From sequence record MN445183.1: a stretch of 64,000 bases of DNA. One strand, given 5' to 3'. The first letter of the stretch is position 1. Each line of letters opens with the position of its first letter. Shown here in pieces: positions 27,340 to 37,786 of the stretch. The position numbers and the translations under genes were made by a program. Below the pieces are notes generated by a model that was not told where the DNA came from, ran no database searches, and saw nothing but the letters and a program-made list of their open reading frames with translations.

Positions 27340-29454
27340 ATGACTACCCCTGTTATTGAAGCGAGTGAACTATCTGCGGACATTCTGTCCTCGGTGCTTT
27401 CACTTAATCCAACAGTCCACGGTGACTCTTCACCTCGTTCAGCAATGTTTGGCGGTCATGCCGGACAAGCGGTGACGATTGAAGGTTCTACGGTACGGAT
27501 GTTAAAAACCGGTCAAGAGTATGAGTACGCAAAGGGGACATTTAAAATAGAAGCACCGTGTGACATGCTGGTCATTGATGTGATCCAGCGTTTCACTGAA
27601 ACCTGGGGTCAGGGCGGTATCCGCATGAACCCTGAAACGTATGTGGTTTACGAACGCATCTCAGGAAAAACAACGGCGTTAGAACAAGCTTCAAACGTGT
27701 TCGGTATTCTGCGGATTCCAGCTTATCATACTCGCAACCACGCGCTGGGTTTCAAGTATGTTCAAGATGTGAAGAACCAGCAGAAATTGGTTCCGAACAA
27801 CATAGTAAAGAAAGGCACCGTGTTTGCGTACAGTCCGAACTTAACGCCGGGTGGCGATTATAAATACGGACGTGAAACGAACGTGGCGTTCATGTCTCTT
27901 CCGGAAGTAGAACAGGATGGGATGGTAGCAACCGAGTCGTTTGCCAACGCCATGGCGTGTACGAAAATTGAAAGTCGTATTGCACAATGGGGTGAAAACA
28001 AAATCCTGTTGAACCTGTATGGCGACGCAACCCACTATAAACCGTTCCCGGATATCGGCGAGAAGATTCGTGATGATGGGTTATTGTTTGCGGTTCGCTC
28101 TATTGAGCCTGGTGTTGGTATCGTTAACCTGACACCGAAAGCGCTGATGGAATTGGATCCCACATTCGATGTCGGTAAGTATGGCGAGCCAGGTGCCACG
28201 GTGATTAACATTGCCGTGAAATCTGACCGCATGCGCACAGGTCGTTCAGAAGTACAGTTCTATGATAAACAGGCAGACCGTTATGAGCGAGCAGCGCGTT
28301 CGTTCTCATCACGTTTGCGTGAAAACTACGAGCGTTTATTGCGTTCGCACCCAACTACGCTGCTGTTAGAAGATGAGCTGAACCGCATGGTTACGGATGC
28401 TATTTCCGATACCGGTGGTCTGGATCGTCGTATGAACAGCCAGGGTGAAGTTATTAGCATGGACAAAGGCGCTCAGATTTACAATAAAGTGCCAATTGGA
28501 GACTGGCGTGCTGAAATCACTTTTGTGAAGCGCCTGGAAGCTGGGGTTCGTTTTAAGATTACGGACACCCATGGCGGTAAAGGCGTTATCGTTAAGGTGA
28601 TTCCTGATGAAGATGCACCTATCGACGAATTCGGTAACCGTGCAGACGTCATCATGGATAACTGTTCTATTACCAAACGTATGAACCTGGGTAAACCAGC
28701 AGAGCAGTACATTAACGGTGCTTCTGTGTATGCGACAAAAGTTGCCCGTTCGTTGCGTGATGCTGGTGATATGGACGGCGCTTGGAATCATCTGATGAGT
28801 TACTACGAAGCCGCGGCTTACGAGCAATACGACATGATGATTAATAACCAGGTGTACGCAACGAAAGTGAACCGTGATTTCCACGTTAACTGGGTGTGTG
28901 AGCACGGCGTTGAGTTGTTCTGTCCGACGGATCGCAAATACTTTGGTGCAGAACAATGCCGACGTATCATGCGTAAGCATGACTTCCCTACCACACGTGT
29001 GCGTTATCGTGCACCGAACGGTGAGCTGGTTTGGACGAAAGATCCGGTGGTGATTGCGCCGATCTACATCATCCTGCTGGAGAAAATGGGCGAGTACTGG
29101 GCGTCGTGTGCAATTCCTAAACTCACCCATTTCGGTACACTGTCCACGTTAACACAAGTAGACAAGTACTCGTTGCCATGGCGTAACACGCCAACACGTT
29201 TTACTGGTGAATCTGAAATCCGTCTGTTCCTGGCAGCGTGTGGTGGTTGGTTTACTAACCGTCTGCTGTCGTTTGCGAACACACCAACCATGCAGAAAGC
29301 GGCAGTGGTTAAGATTCTCCAGGCGAAGAACCCAATGAAGATTCCGAGTATGATTGATGAAAAAGCTACCCCGTTAGGTCGTGGGCGTCCGCTTCAGATG
29401 TACAAACATATTCAGGCGTGTCGTGGGATTCATTTAGAACGTGCAGCAGCGTAA
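27340..29454 (+). CDS. rpoB: Non-virion RNA polymerase beta C-terminal subunit (phiKZ gp71-73-like), uninterrupted
   Basis: SPRSAMF, EQDGMV, KITDTHGGKGVI, KRMNLG and RFTGESE motifs. Confidence 0.92.
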   Translation: MTTPVIEASELSADILSSVLSLNPTVHGDSSPRSAMFGGHAGQAVTIEGSTVRMLKTGQEYEYAKGTFKIEAPCDMLVIDVIQRFTETWGQGGIRMNPETYVVYERISGKTTALEQASNVFGILRIPAYHTRNHALGFKYVQDVKNQQKLVPNNIVKKGTVFAYSPNLTPGGDYKYGRETNVAFMSLPEVEQDGMVATESFANAMACTKIESRIAQWGENKILLNLYGDATHYKPFPDIGEKIRDDGLLFAVRSIEPGVGIVNLTPKALMELDPTFDVGKYGEPGATVINIAVKSDRMRTGRSEVQFYDKQADRYERAARSFSSRLRENYERLLRSHPTTLLLEDELNRMVTDAISDTGGLDRRMNSQGEVISMDKGAQIYNKVPIGDWRAEITFVKRLEAGVRFKITDTHGGKGVIVKVIPDEDAPIDEFGNRADVIMDNCSITKRMNLGKPAEQYINGASVYATKVARSLRDAGDMDGAWNHLMSYYEAAAYEQYDMMINNQVYATKVNRDFHVNWVCEHGVELFCPTDRKYFGAEQCRRIMRKHDFPTTRVRYRAPNGELVWTKDPVVIAPIYIILLEKMGEYWASCAIPKLTHFGTLSTLTQVDKYSLPWRNTPTRFTGESEIRLFLAACGGWFTNRLLSFANTPTMQKAAVVKILQAKNPMKIPSMIDEKATPLGRGRPLQMYKHIQACRGIHLERAAA

Positions 29455-29463
29455 GGGGAGATA

Positions 29464-31431
29464 ATGCAAGCGTACAATTGGCAAGACTTACTCAATATGT
29501 CAGAAACCCAGATCTGGCAATTGGATCCGGGTAACAATCCCGTTATTAAAGTGAATGCGCGTGATAAGTCATTCGAGATATTGTCACGACTGGCGATACT
29601 GAGTTGGTACTGTTGGCCACTTCAGCACGCATTTCCTGGAATGCCGTTAGATAAGCGGCACTTTGCAACTTCTGCGCGCTTGTCCAATAAAACGATCCTG
29701 GGTATTTTGACCCAGGGTTATCGTGACTACGTGGATCTCCATCCGGGGATCATTGATGTGGTGAAAATTAACAGCATGGTGGCGCGTGCAGTTAACAACA
29801 TCAATAACACGTTTGTTATGCGTATTCCTGAATATGTCACGACGGGCTCGATGCGTCAGTATCTGGAGGTTTTGGATGACCCGGAACTGGCGGCCATTCG
29901 TCATGGGTTGGAACCTAACCAAAACTCTATCCGTGAAGGATACAAGCAAGGGTTAGCCGTCATCAAACGACCGGATAAGTTCATCGGTAACCAAATCGCT
30001 GAAGACATCAAGCAGGGTTCGGTATCGGACGGTCAGACATCACAGGTATTCATTGCTCGTGGTTATCTGACCGACCATAACTCCCGAATCTTTGTACGAC
30101 CCGTCATGGCGTGTTATGCGGAAGGACTCGGTTCGTTCTACGATTCCTTTGTAGAATCACGCTCAGCAACCAAAGCGATGTTGTTCCAGAAGAAACCGCT
30201 GGAAGACTCCGAATGGTTTAACCGTAAAATGCAGCTGGTTGCACAGGCTGTCCAGAACATCCACATGAATGAAGATTGTGGGTCAACGGTCACGGTACCG
30301 GTGTTGGTCAAAGAAGGGTGGCTCAGTCGTTTAGCCGGCAAGTATTATTACGCCGACGATAACAAGACGCTGAAATGCGTGTCCGATAAAGATGATCATC
30401 TCATTGGCCGCATTATTCATATGCGTTCACCAATGTATTGTAATCATTCGGACCGTTCTGGGATCTGTGAGAAATGTTACGGGAAGCTGGCCATTAGTCT
30501 GCCGTACTTTAACGCCCTGGGTGAAGTGGGTAAAAACCAAATCATCATTGGGCATATTAGTGCGACGGAAATCGGTCAGGATCTGTCACAGAAGATGTTG
30601 TCCACGAAGCACTTGGATACGTCTTCTACCACAGAACCGTTTGTGCCACGTCGTCAGGATGCAATGTACATTATTGAAGGTATGCGTGACAATGCGGTTC
30701 GCTTGCACCCACGCCTCAAGAAAGACAAGGTTAAGTTGAAAGTAAACTTTAACAAAACCACTGCATTATCTGATATCTACGTGGCTGAAAACCTGGATGA
30801 GGTTGCGACACGTGCAGGTGGCTTTAATGAGATCGTACTGGAGTTTGAACGTGACGGTGGGTTTACTGAATCGATTCCAATTCCAACTGTTCAAGGCTCA
30901 CGTCAAGGGCAGTTCACGGTTGACTTCTTACGTTACCTGCAAAAGGCTAACTGGACGAATGCGGAGAAAGGCTTCATTGTGATTGACCTGTCTACGTTCG
31001 AGTATGACATCGATGTGGTGGAATTGCCGCTGGTGCATCAGGACATGACGGTTTATCAGAAGCAGATCGAAGCGTATATTCGTTTCAGCAAAGAGTCTGC
31101 GAAGTGGAAAGGCAAGTTCATTACACCAGAAGATGCTGGCTTAGCGTTGAGTGAATTCTACTCACTGCTGTCTGAGCGTTTGAAGGTAAATATCGTACAT
31201 GCGGAAATGATGTTGTATTCGGTCATGACTTCTGACCCGGGTAACTACGATTATCGTCTGCCACGTGCGTATGAACAGCGCCAGTTCTCCTCGTATCACG
31301 AATGTATCGAATTCCGCTCATTGTCTGTGCAGCTGCTGTATCAAGAGCAGGCCACGATCATGATGAAGCCGACCACGTTCTTGGTGAAACATCGTCAACC
31401 TCACCCAGCAGACAGCATCTTTGTTGACTGA
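29464..31431 (+). CDS. rpoC: Non-virion RNA polymerase beta' C-terminal subunit (phiKZ gp74-like)
   Basis: ARGYLTD, EDCGS, RSPMYC, ICEKCYG and QKMLSTKH motifs. Confidence 0.9.
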   Translation: MQAYNWQDLLNMSETQIWQLDPGNNPVIKVNARDKSFEILSRLAILSWYCWPLQHAFPGMPLDKRHFATSARLSNKTILGILTQGYRDYVDLHPGIIDVVKINSMVARAVNNINNTFVMRIPEYVTTGSMRQYLEVLDDPELAAIRHGLEPNQNSIREGYKQGLAVIKRPDKFIGNQIAEDIKQGSVSDGQTSQVFIARGYLTDHNSRIFVRPVMACYAEGLGSFYDSFVESRSATKAMLFQKKPLEDSEWFNRKMQLVAQAVQNIHMNEDCGSTVTVPVLVKEGWLSRLAGKYYYADDNKTLKCVSDKDDHLIGRIIHMRSPMYCNHSDRSGICEKCYGKLAISLPYFNALGEVGKNQIIIGHISATEIGQDLSQKMLSTKHLDTSSTTEPFVPRRQDAMYIIEGMRDNAVRLHPRLKKDKVKLKVNFNKTTALSDIYVAENLDEVATRAGGFNEIVLEFERDGGFTESIPIPTVQGSRQGQFTVDFLRYLQKANWTNAEKGFIVIDLSTFEYDIDVVELPLVHQDMTVYQKQIEAYIRFSKESAKWKGKFITPEDAGLALSEFYSLLSERLKVNIVHAEMMLYSVMTSDPGNYDYRLPRAYEQRQFSSYHECIEFRSLSVQLLYQEQATIMMKPTTFLVKHRQPHPADSIFVD

Positions 31432-31441
31432 GGGGTAAACC

Positions 31442-34032
31442 ATGCGCAGTACCGCAACAATCACGTTGAGCAGTCACGGCTTTCGCGTAACTGATTTCAA
31501 TAGTGAATTCGCGGTTCACCTCGCACAGTTCTGTCGCCGCTTCATTCTACATAAGCCGGAATCCAAGGTTGTTAACGGTAAACGTATCTTGGTAAACATT
31601 CCGGACCGTGTGTTTGCTGCGGCGACTAAGGACCGTAAGGAACTACGGTTTCATATCAACTGTCTTGAGGACTTCAAGAACTTCATGCGGAACTGCGGTT
31701 ATAACACTGACCGCTTTAAAACAGTTCAGCTTGAGGTGCCTGAAGGCCGCGATGCAAAGTTTGAATTCATCGCCCCCAATATTGCGCCTAGGGAACACCA
31801 GGTTGAGTGGCTGGATTACCAGCTTAACCTGGACCCTGTAAAGGTCAATACCAAAATAAACACCTTACAGACGGGAAAGGAAAAGCCCAACCACTAACAT
31901 CGTTAATTAAGACCCCAGGTGGTTGGGCATTTATGGGCACTATGCAGGTTGGTGATTTAGTCACTGCACCTGATGGCACATACACCAAAGTGTTAGGTGT
32001 GTTTCCTCAAGGTAAGAAACAGATTTACCGATTAGATTTCGGTGATGGTCGTTCTACCCGTTGTTGTAAAGAGCATCTCTGGGAGGTTTATTTTCACACC
32101 AATTCACCGGATAAACGCTGGCAGGTAGTTAATACGGAACAGCTTATTCAGTACTTTAATAGCGTGAAAATGCCACGCGTTTCTGTTCGATTGGCTCAAT
32201 CTGAAAACTCTCCTGATTTAGTGTTACCGATGGATCCTTACGCGTTAGGTGTGTTGTTAGGCGATGGTGGCTTTACAGGTACGAACTTGATGCTGAGTAC
32301 ACCTGATGATTTCATTGTTAATGAGATCGCTAAACTACTACCGCCGGAGTTAGAGATAAAGCACAGAAGTAAATACGACTACGGCATCGCTAAGCGAGAT
32401 GGTCTGTACGGGGAAAACTCGTGGATACAAATCCTGCGTAGCTTTGGTCTATTTGGAAAACCTTCTCACGAGAAGGAGATCCCTGAGCAATACCTCAATG
32501 GCTCAACGCAGCAGCGACTTTCATTATTACAAGGTTTACTGGATACGGATGGAACGGTTCAAAAGAGCGGTTCTGTGTCGTTTGCTTCGTCCAGCCAGAA
32601 GATGGCTGAGCAGGTTCAGTACCTTGTTCGTTCGTTAGGCGGAATGGCAGCATTACGTTCTCGAATACCTACTTTCACCTACAACGGTGAAAAGAAGGAA
32701 GGTCGGGTCTGTTATGAGGTTGATATTCGTTACAAGGCCCCGAGTCAGTTGTTCAGATTGCCTCGCAAGAAAGACCGGACTAACGATAACAATCAGTACG
32801 CCGCAGGATTGAAGTTACGTATTACCGGTATTAAGGAAGATGGTTTCGAAGAAGCACAATGCATTATGGTTGAGCATCCCGATCATCTTTACGTGACTGA
32901 TAACTTCGTGGTGACTCATAACACCTTCTGCGCTATCTATCAGATGGTGAAGATGGGTAAACGGACCATCATTACCTTGATGCCCAAGTACATCAATACT
33001 TGGTTGGTGGGTTTAGCGGACTTCGTTAAGCTGAAGCCAGAAGACATCATGGTGGTGCAAGGGTCGTTAGAACTCAATGCTGCGATGAAGATCGCTGACC
33101 AGGGCAAACTGTCCGCGAAGATTATCATCGTGTCCTTACCGACGTACCAGTATTTCATGTCGGAATACGAGGACAACAATGGAGTGATGCAGCATTACAA
33201 CTATACACCCGATCAGTTCTGGGAAGTCATGGAACCCGGGTTGTTGGTTGTGGATGAAGGGCACGAATCCATTCATGCGCTTTATCGGTACGACCTGTAC
33301 TGTAACGTACGTAACAAGGTGGTGTTGTCAGCCACCCTAGAAGCGGACAACCGCTTCATCAACGAGATGTATGACATTATTTATCCGAAAGCAACACGGT
33401 TCCGTGGGGGTGAGTATGATAAGTACATTGAGTCTATCGCGTTGATGTATGGTTTAACCAGTACAAAGAAAATTAAGTACGGTGGGTTTGGTGGGACTTA
33501 CTCGCATGTGAAGCTCGAGCAGTGCATCATGAAAGACAGACGTATATTGGAAACGTATCTCAAGTTTATTGGAGACACGGCCGATTACTTCTTCTTTAAG
33601 ATCAAGCAGCCAGAACAACGATTGCTGGTCTATTGCGCAACAGTGGATATGTGCGTGAAGGTGGTGTCGTATTTACGTAACCGCCATAATGGGAAAGACC
33701 TGATTATCAACAAGTATACTCAGGAAGATCCGAAGACGACGCTGTATGAATCCGATGTGACTGTCTCGACACTGATGTCAGCAGGGACCGGGGTGGATAT
33801 CCCAGGGCTGCGCACGGTGATCATGACGGTAGCAATTGGGTCCAAACAGAAGAACGACCAGGCTCTAGGTCGTTTACGTCGTTTGAAGGATTACCCGGAT
33901 GTCACCCCAACCTTTGTCTACTTTGTGTGCAGCCAGATTCGCCCACAGGTGGAGTATCATCGTAAGAAGCTGGAGAACTTTGCGAACAAGACGTTGAGTC
34001 AGCGCACGTTCAACAGCGGTTTCTCACTTTAA
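31442..34032 (+). CDS. SF2 DExH helicase (phiKZ gp75-like), split by a -1 frame change at 31873-31879 and containing an intein
   Basis: ORF 31442-31897 ends LQTGKEKPNH; the -1 frame gives TGKGK-[intein]-TFC; later VVDEGHE, LSATL, STLMSAGTGVDIPGL and QALGRLR motifs. Confidence 0.85.
31873..31928 (+). promoter_or_regulatory. Candidate programmed -1 ribosomal frameshift signal
   Basis: G GGA AAG heptamer, 5-nt spacer GAAAA, stem GCCCAACCAC(31885-31894)/GTGGTTGGGC(31919-31928). Confidence 0.6.
31885..32922 (+). mobile_element. Class-3 intein with LAGLIDADG homing endonuclease (346 aa)
   Basis: Starts AQPLTSLIKTPGGW; block B CCKEHLW, block F AQCI, ends VVTHN before +1 Thr; LGVLLGDG and LQGLLDTDG. 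Confidence 0.9.
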
Positions 34033-34103
34033 TAACGTATCTGATGCAGAAGCTGGGCTCTGGCCTGGTTTCTGTGTCTTTCTTTTTTCAAAGGGGATTG
34101 AAG

Positions 34104-34559
34104 ATGGATGAATTGGCGCGCTTACAGCAACAAGGTATCACGGTTATGGAAGTCTCAGCAGACGGCTTAATACCGGCTGAGCATCTGACAGAAATAGAAG
34201 CATTGCGGGATAAGCTGATTGTGCTGACAAACCCTGATGTCAGTTCGGCAACGGATGTTGCGCGTCAGTTAATCCAGGAGCTGGAGGATAACGAAAGCAT
34301 TGATGATGTCGTAGCTGAGATCTGGCCATCTGCGAGTCGTCGCGTAGGTATCACTGGTGGGGTAGCACATATGGCGTTGCGATTCTTGTCATCAGTTACT
34401 GGACCGTGTGATGACCCATGGGGTTTCTATCCGAATACCGAATCCTACTTTGATTACCGTCAGCGCATTCGTGAAGAAGAAGTCTATCGTCAGACCCGTC
34501 GTCCGCCTAAGCACGCCGTGTGCAGTGCTCGTCGTCGTGGACGCAAGTTTAAAGGATAA
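34104..34559 (+). CDS. Hypothetical protein with basic C-terminal tail
   Basis: AAGGGG RBS; ends ARRRGRKFKG. Confidence 0.65.
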   Translation: MDELARLQQQGITVMEVSADGLIPAEHLTEIEALRDKLIVLTNPDVSSATDVARQLIQELEDNESIDDVVAEIWPSASRRVGITGGVAHMALRFLSSVTGPCDDPWGFYPNTESYFDYRQRIREEEVYRQTRRPPKHAVCSARRRGRKFKG

Positions 34560-34564
34560 CGACA

Positions 34565-34957
34565 GTGGATAATGATGAATTAACCATTATGCATCCAGAC
34601 GCGGTGCAGCTTTGGTTTCATGACGGCCTGTACGGTAAAATACAGGCCACGGCGTTTAATAACTACATCGGGGCTTTTGCGCCTGGCGAGTGGTATGCGA
34701 TGCATTACTTGCCTAATGCCAGTTTTTGGCTGTATCGCTTAGATGGTGTGACTGATGAACAAACGGCCCGCATCCACAGCGGAACGATCATACGCGAGGG
34801 TGATTATCCGGTAGTAAAAGCAGAAGTCTTCACCTGCTCTAGCGTGGTATCGCCGAATCAAACCATTGTCCATCACGCCCCAACCGATGTTACTCGACCT
34901 GTGCTGTTTGAAATAGAAGGCGCACTTGGCCCAATCCGGGTTAAGTACGTCCATTGA
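34565..34957 (+). CDS. Hypothetical protein
   Basis: 130-aa ORF in operon. Confidence 0.6.
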   Translation: MDNDELTIMHPDAVQLWFHDGLYGKIQATAFNNYIGAFAPGEWYAMHYLPNASFWLYRLDGVTDEQTARIHSGTIIREGDYPVVKAEVFTCSSVVSPNQTIVHHAPTDVTRPVLFEIEGALGPIRVKYVH

Positions 34958-34972
34958 TAAAAGGAAACTCGT

Positions 34973-35686
34973 ATGAACAACGAAGACAAGAAAATCACCG
35001 CAGCAACGATATCCACCAAGCACCTGGACGCAGTAGCCACTGGCCGTCAGCTGGGTAAGCCGTATATGACCAAACTGGCATACACCGCGGCAGCTATACT
35101 TGATGCTGAAAACATTCCGCGTGTGGGGGCGTTTTCACCCAACCACCTGCAACTGAACCTGCGTGAGGCTGAGCCAGGTGAACTACCGAGCATTGGCCGT
35201 GGCATGACTCGCCCTACCATGTTCTTTGCTGATCCTTACCCGTTCCTGGGCTACTGGCATGATGCGATCAGAAACCAACAGCTTCGTAAGAATCTGCACA
35301 AAAAGATGTTTGGTTCTGACCGTGACGTTTGGGATCGCTTTACGCGTGAGTTTCACAGCTGGACACCGGAGTACGTGCATCTGAAAGCACGTATCAAACC
35401 GATTGAATCCTACTGGGCAAGAGACTGGCTGACCAACGTGTGTTGCCCACGTGTTAACCAGTACGATCCGGTTGATTACTACAAGTATTGTGAACACTTG
35501 CAGTATGACGTTCAACAGTCGCGGGTCCGTCGTAAATACGAGTTTTATACCGGACCTCGTTTAGTGTCCGCCTGGTCACCGAGCGGCATATCTCGCTATA
35601 ACCCTTTCCCCATTGATGATCACGCAAAGGAAATGCTGGCTCAGCTGATTCCTGCCCCGTATCAGTCGCCGAAGAGAATCTACTAA
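34973..35686 (+). CDS. Hypothetical protein
   Basis: AAGGA RBS, 237 aa. Confidence 0.7.
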   Translation: MNNEDKKITAATISTKHLDAVATGRQLGKPYMTKLAYTAAAILDAENIPRVGAFSPNHLQLNLREAEPGELPSIGRGMTRPTMFFADPYPFLGYWHDAIRNQQLRKNLHKKMFGSDRDVWDRFTREFHSWTPEYVHLKARIKPIESYWARDWLTNVCCPRVNQYDPVDYYKYCEHLQYDVQQSRVRRKYEFYTGPRLVSAWSPSGISRYNPFPIDDHAKEMLAQLIPAPYQSPKRIY

Positions 35687-36366
35687 TGGCAAAGAACCAC
35701 GACTACTATACCCTGGCCCACAACTACGCTTTGAAGATCGGACTTGACCGTACTGATGCTGAAAGCGTAGCAACCACCTTGTCTGTGTTGATCCCCCTGC
35801 ACCACAACTGGGGTAGTCCGGACGAACCATTGTGGGCGGATAATCAGCACGTGCTGGATAGCTTTAACAAGCTGCACCAGGGCCGACCGTACACACGGTT
35901 AATTCCGGATGGGTTAAGTATCAACATCATCCGTGTGGAAACGTACGACGATCTGCCCAAGACCACCACGTACGGTCAGCTGTACCACATCAAGCAAGGC
36001 GGGCACCTGCTTGAGACTCGACCTAACGGACAAACCGAGTCAGTGAACCCACGTATCCGTATCGCCATCACCGAGCCGATTGCCACTAATCCGGTACTGT
36101 TAGATGCTTTACGTGAGAAAGCCAAGCAGAAGGGTTTAGAGATCGTTGTATGGGATAAGGATGCTGACCATCCTGATAACGTCATCGGTCTGGCAAAAAT
36201 GCGTGCACTTTTTGCTGACAACCCTGACCAAATGCTCAAGATCGAAGCTTCGCTACGGCGTGCTGAAGATCAGTCTTGCTGGTCAAAACCTACCGGGAAG
36301 ATTAAGTTTCGTAATCGTCCCAGTAATACTTTAACCCGTATGCGCAATCGTCAAAGGAGAGGCTAA
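35686..36366 (+). CDS. Hypothetical protein with basic tail
   Basis: TAATG coupling; ends RMRNRQRRG. Confidence 0.7.
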   Translation: MAKNHDYYTLAHNYALKIGLDRTDAESVATTLSVLIPLHHNWGSPDEPLWADNQHVLDSFNKLHQGRPYTRLIPDGLSINIIRVETYDDLPKTTTYGQLYHIKQGGHLLETRPNGQTESVNPRIRIAITEPIATNPVLLDALREKAKQKGLEIVVWDKDADHPDNVIGLAKMRALFADNPDQMLKIEASLRRAEDQSCWSKPTGKIKFRNRPSNTLTRMRNRQRRG

Positions 36367-36367
36367 C

Positions 36368-37435
36368 ATGTCTCACAATGGACCAACCGGACCTCTGGGT
36401 AATGCCGTATCGTTTTATGATGCCTTTAATACTCCGCATGTTATTGAACACTTTGCTAAAACCCCTGAAAACAAAATTGAATACGTCGTCATTGACTACG
36501 GTCAGCCGGGTGATAAAATCGCTTATGACGATCTGTGTCGTGTGGCGAAGATCATCCCGCAGATGGTCGTGACACGCCTGTTACCGAAAGAGATCACCCC
36601 ACAGGTGGCGTTTGATTTATTGCATGAACGCAAGATCACGCTGAGCGGGGCAGATTACTGTCGTTTACCGAACCTGGGCGATACCTACGATTGCGCTGGT
36701 CACTTCAGAGGCTTCAAAGGTATTCCAGGTGATGCAGGCTGGGCACCGTTCAAGTTAGAAGCACCGCGCATTATGTATCAGCAATATCACACCGATCTGA
36801 TTCTGTATCCGCAAGAAGATTCGCCCACGTCTTCTATGTCGGGCATTATCGCGAAAGGTGGCTTTTACGATGCGCCGGTTCACGTCTTCATTGTCAGTGA
36901 TGATCCTGGTGACGATATCGTGTTCCATTACGAAAGCCTGCTCAACCAGCTGAAAGGGTTACGCCCTAATCTCACCACGAAAGTAATCACGTACGCACAA
37001 GCCGTGCTTGCGGAGAAACTACCGGGTACGGTGTTTATCTCTGCTTTCAAAAACCATGGCACGCATCTTGCTCTGTGGGAGAAGTGCCAAGGTCTTACCC
37101 GCATGCAGCTGCAAGCGTATGTTCATGGTAAATCCAATCTGTCGTTGGAAGAGTTTATCGAGCTCATCATTGAACGACAGCTTACTAACAATGAACGGTC
37201 TTTAATGATGATGGCGGACAATGGCCTTAGCGGTGGGTTTAAACGTGGTGCGTTGCAGATCATCGGCAGACAAACCACGCGCCCCAGTCTATTACCTAAC
37301 TCGATGACACTTGAAGTTCCTAGTCCTGGTTGGGATGTTGCTGCGTCAACTCCTGGTAAGAAACCTAAGGGTCCGATTACGATGCCGGGTCTTGGTGAAC
37401 GTAAGAAGAAAGGCAAACATAAAACCAAATGGTAA
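36368..37435 (+). CDS. Hypothetical protein with basic tail
   Basis: GGAGG RBS; 355 aa; ends ERKKKGKHKTKW. Confidence 0.75.
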   Translation: MSHNGPTGPLGNAVSFYDAFNTPHVIEHFAKTPENKIEYVVIDYGQPGDKIAYDDLCRVAKIIPQMVVTRLLPKEITPQVAFDLLHERKITLSGADYCRLPNLGDTYDCAGHFRGFKGIPGDAGWAPFKLEAPRIMYQQYHTDLILYPQEDSPTSSMSGIIAKGGFYDAPVHVFIVSDDPGDDIVFHYESLLNQLKGLRPNLTTKVITYAQAVLAEKLPGTVFISAFKNHGTHLALWEKCQGLTRMQLQAYVHGKSNLSLEEFIELIIERQLTNNERSLMMMADNGLSGGFKRGALQIIGRQTTRPSLLPNSMTLEVPSPGWDVAASTPGKKPKGPITMPGLGERKKKGKHKTKW

Positions 37436-37444
37436 GGAACTAAC

Positions 37445-37786
37445 ATGTCGGATGTTGTAGTTGTGCCAAAACTCTTGCTGGAACGTTTGATTGAGACGAT
37501 CGAGTGTAATGACCCGCGCAACGAGTTTCTCGGACAGTTGCGTGTCGAGTTGGCCGCAAACGAAAGGCTGATGGAGAACGCCTCAGAGATTATGCACCGT
37601 AACCATGACGAATCACCCGGGCCGACGTATCATGAGTACGACCCTGATAATCGTCGTTGGATTCTCATGGGCGAGTTTGACATCGACGCCATGAAGTTCA
37701 TGACCCGTTATATGGCTAATCCGCCAGCCAAAGAAGAGGTTGTCGTGCCTTGGTCTGCGTTAGGGGGAAAACCTGATGATCAATAA
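37445..37786 (+). CDS. Hypothetical protein
   Basis: AAGGA RBS. Confidence 0.65.
   Translation: MSDVVVVPKLLLERLIETIECNDPRNEFLGQLRVELAANERLMENASEIMHRNHDESPGPTYHEYDPDNRRWILMGEFDIDAMKFMTRYMANPPAKEEVVVPWSALGGKPDDQ

Noticed and set aside
28366-29130. 254-aa antisense ORF inside nvRNAP beta
   Set aside because: Fully overlaps a motif-supported gene; no independent signals.
31897-31933. Group I intron as the explanation for the helicase break
   Set aside because: The gap is too short, no intron core is present, and the -1 frame is continuous with intein block A, so a single-base frame change explains it.
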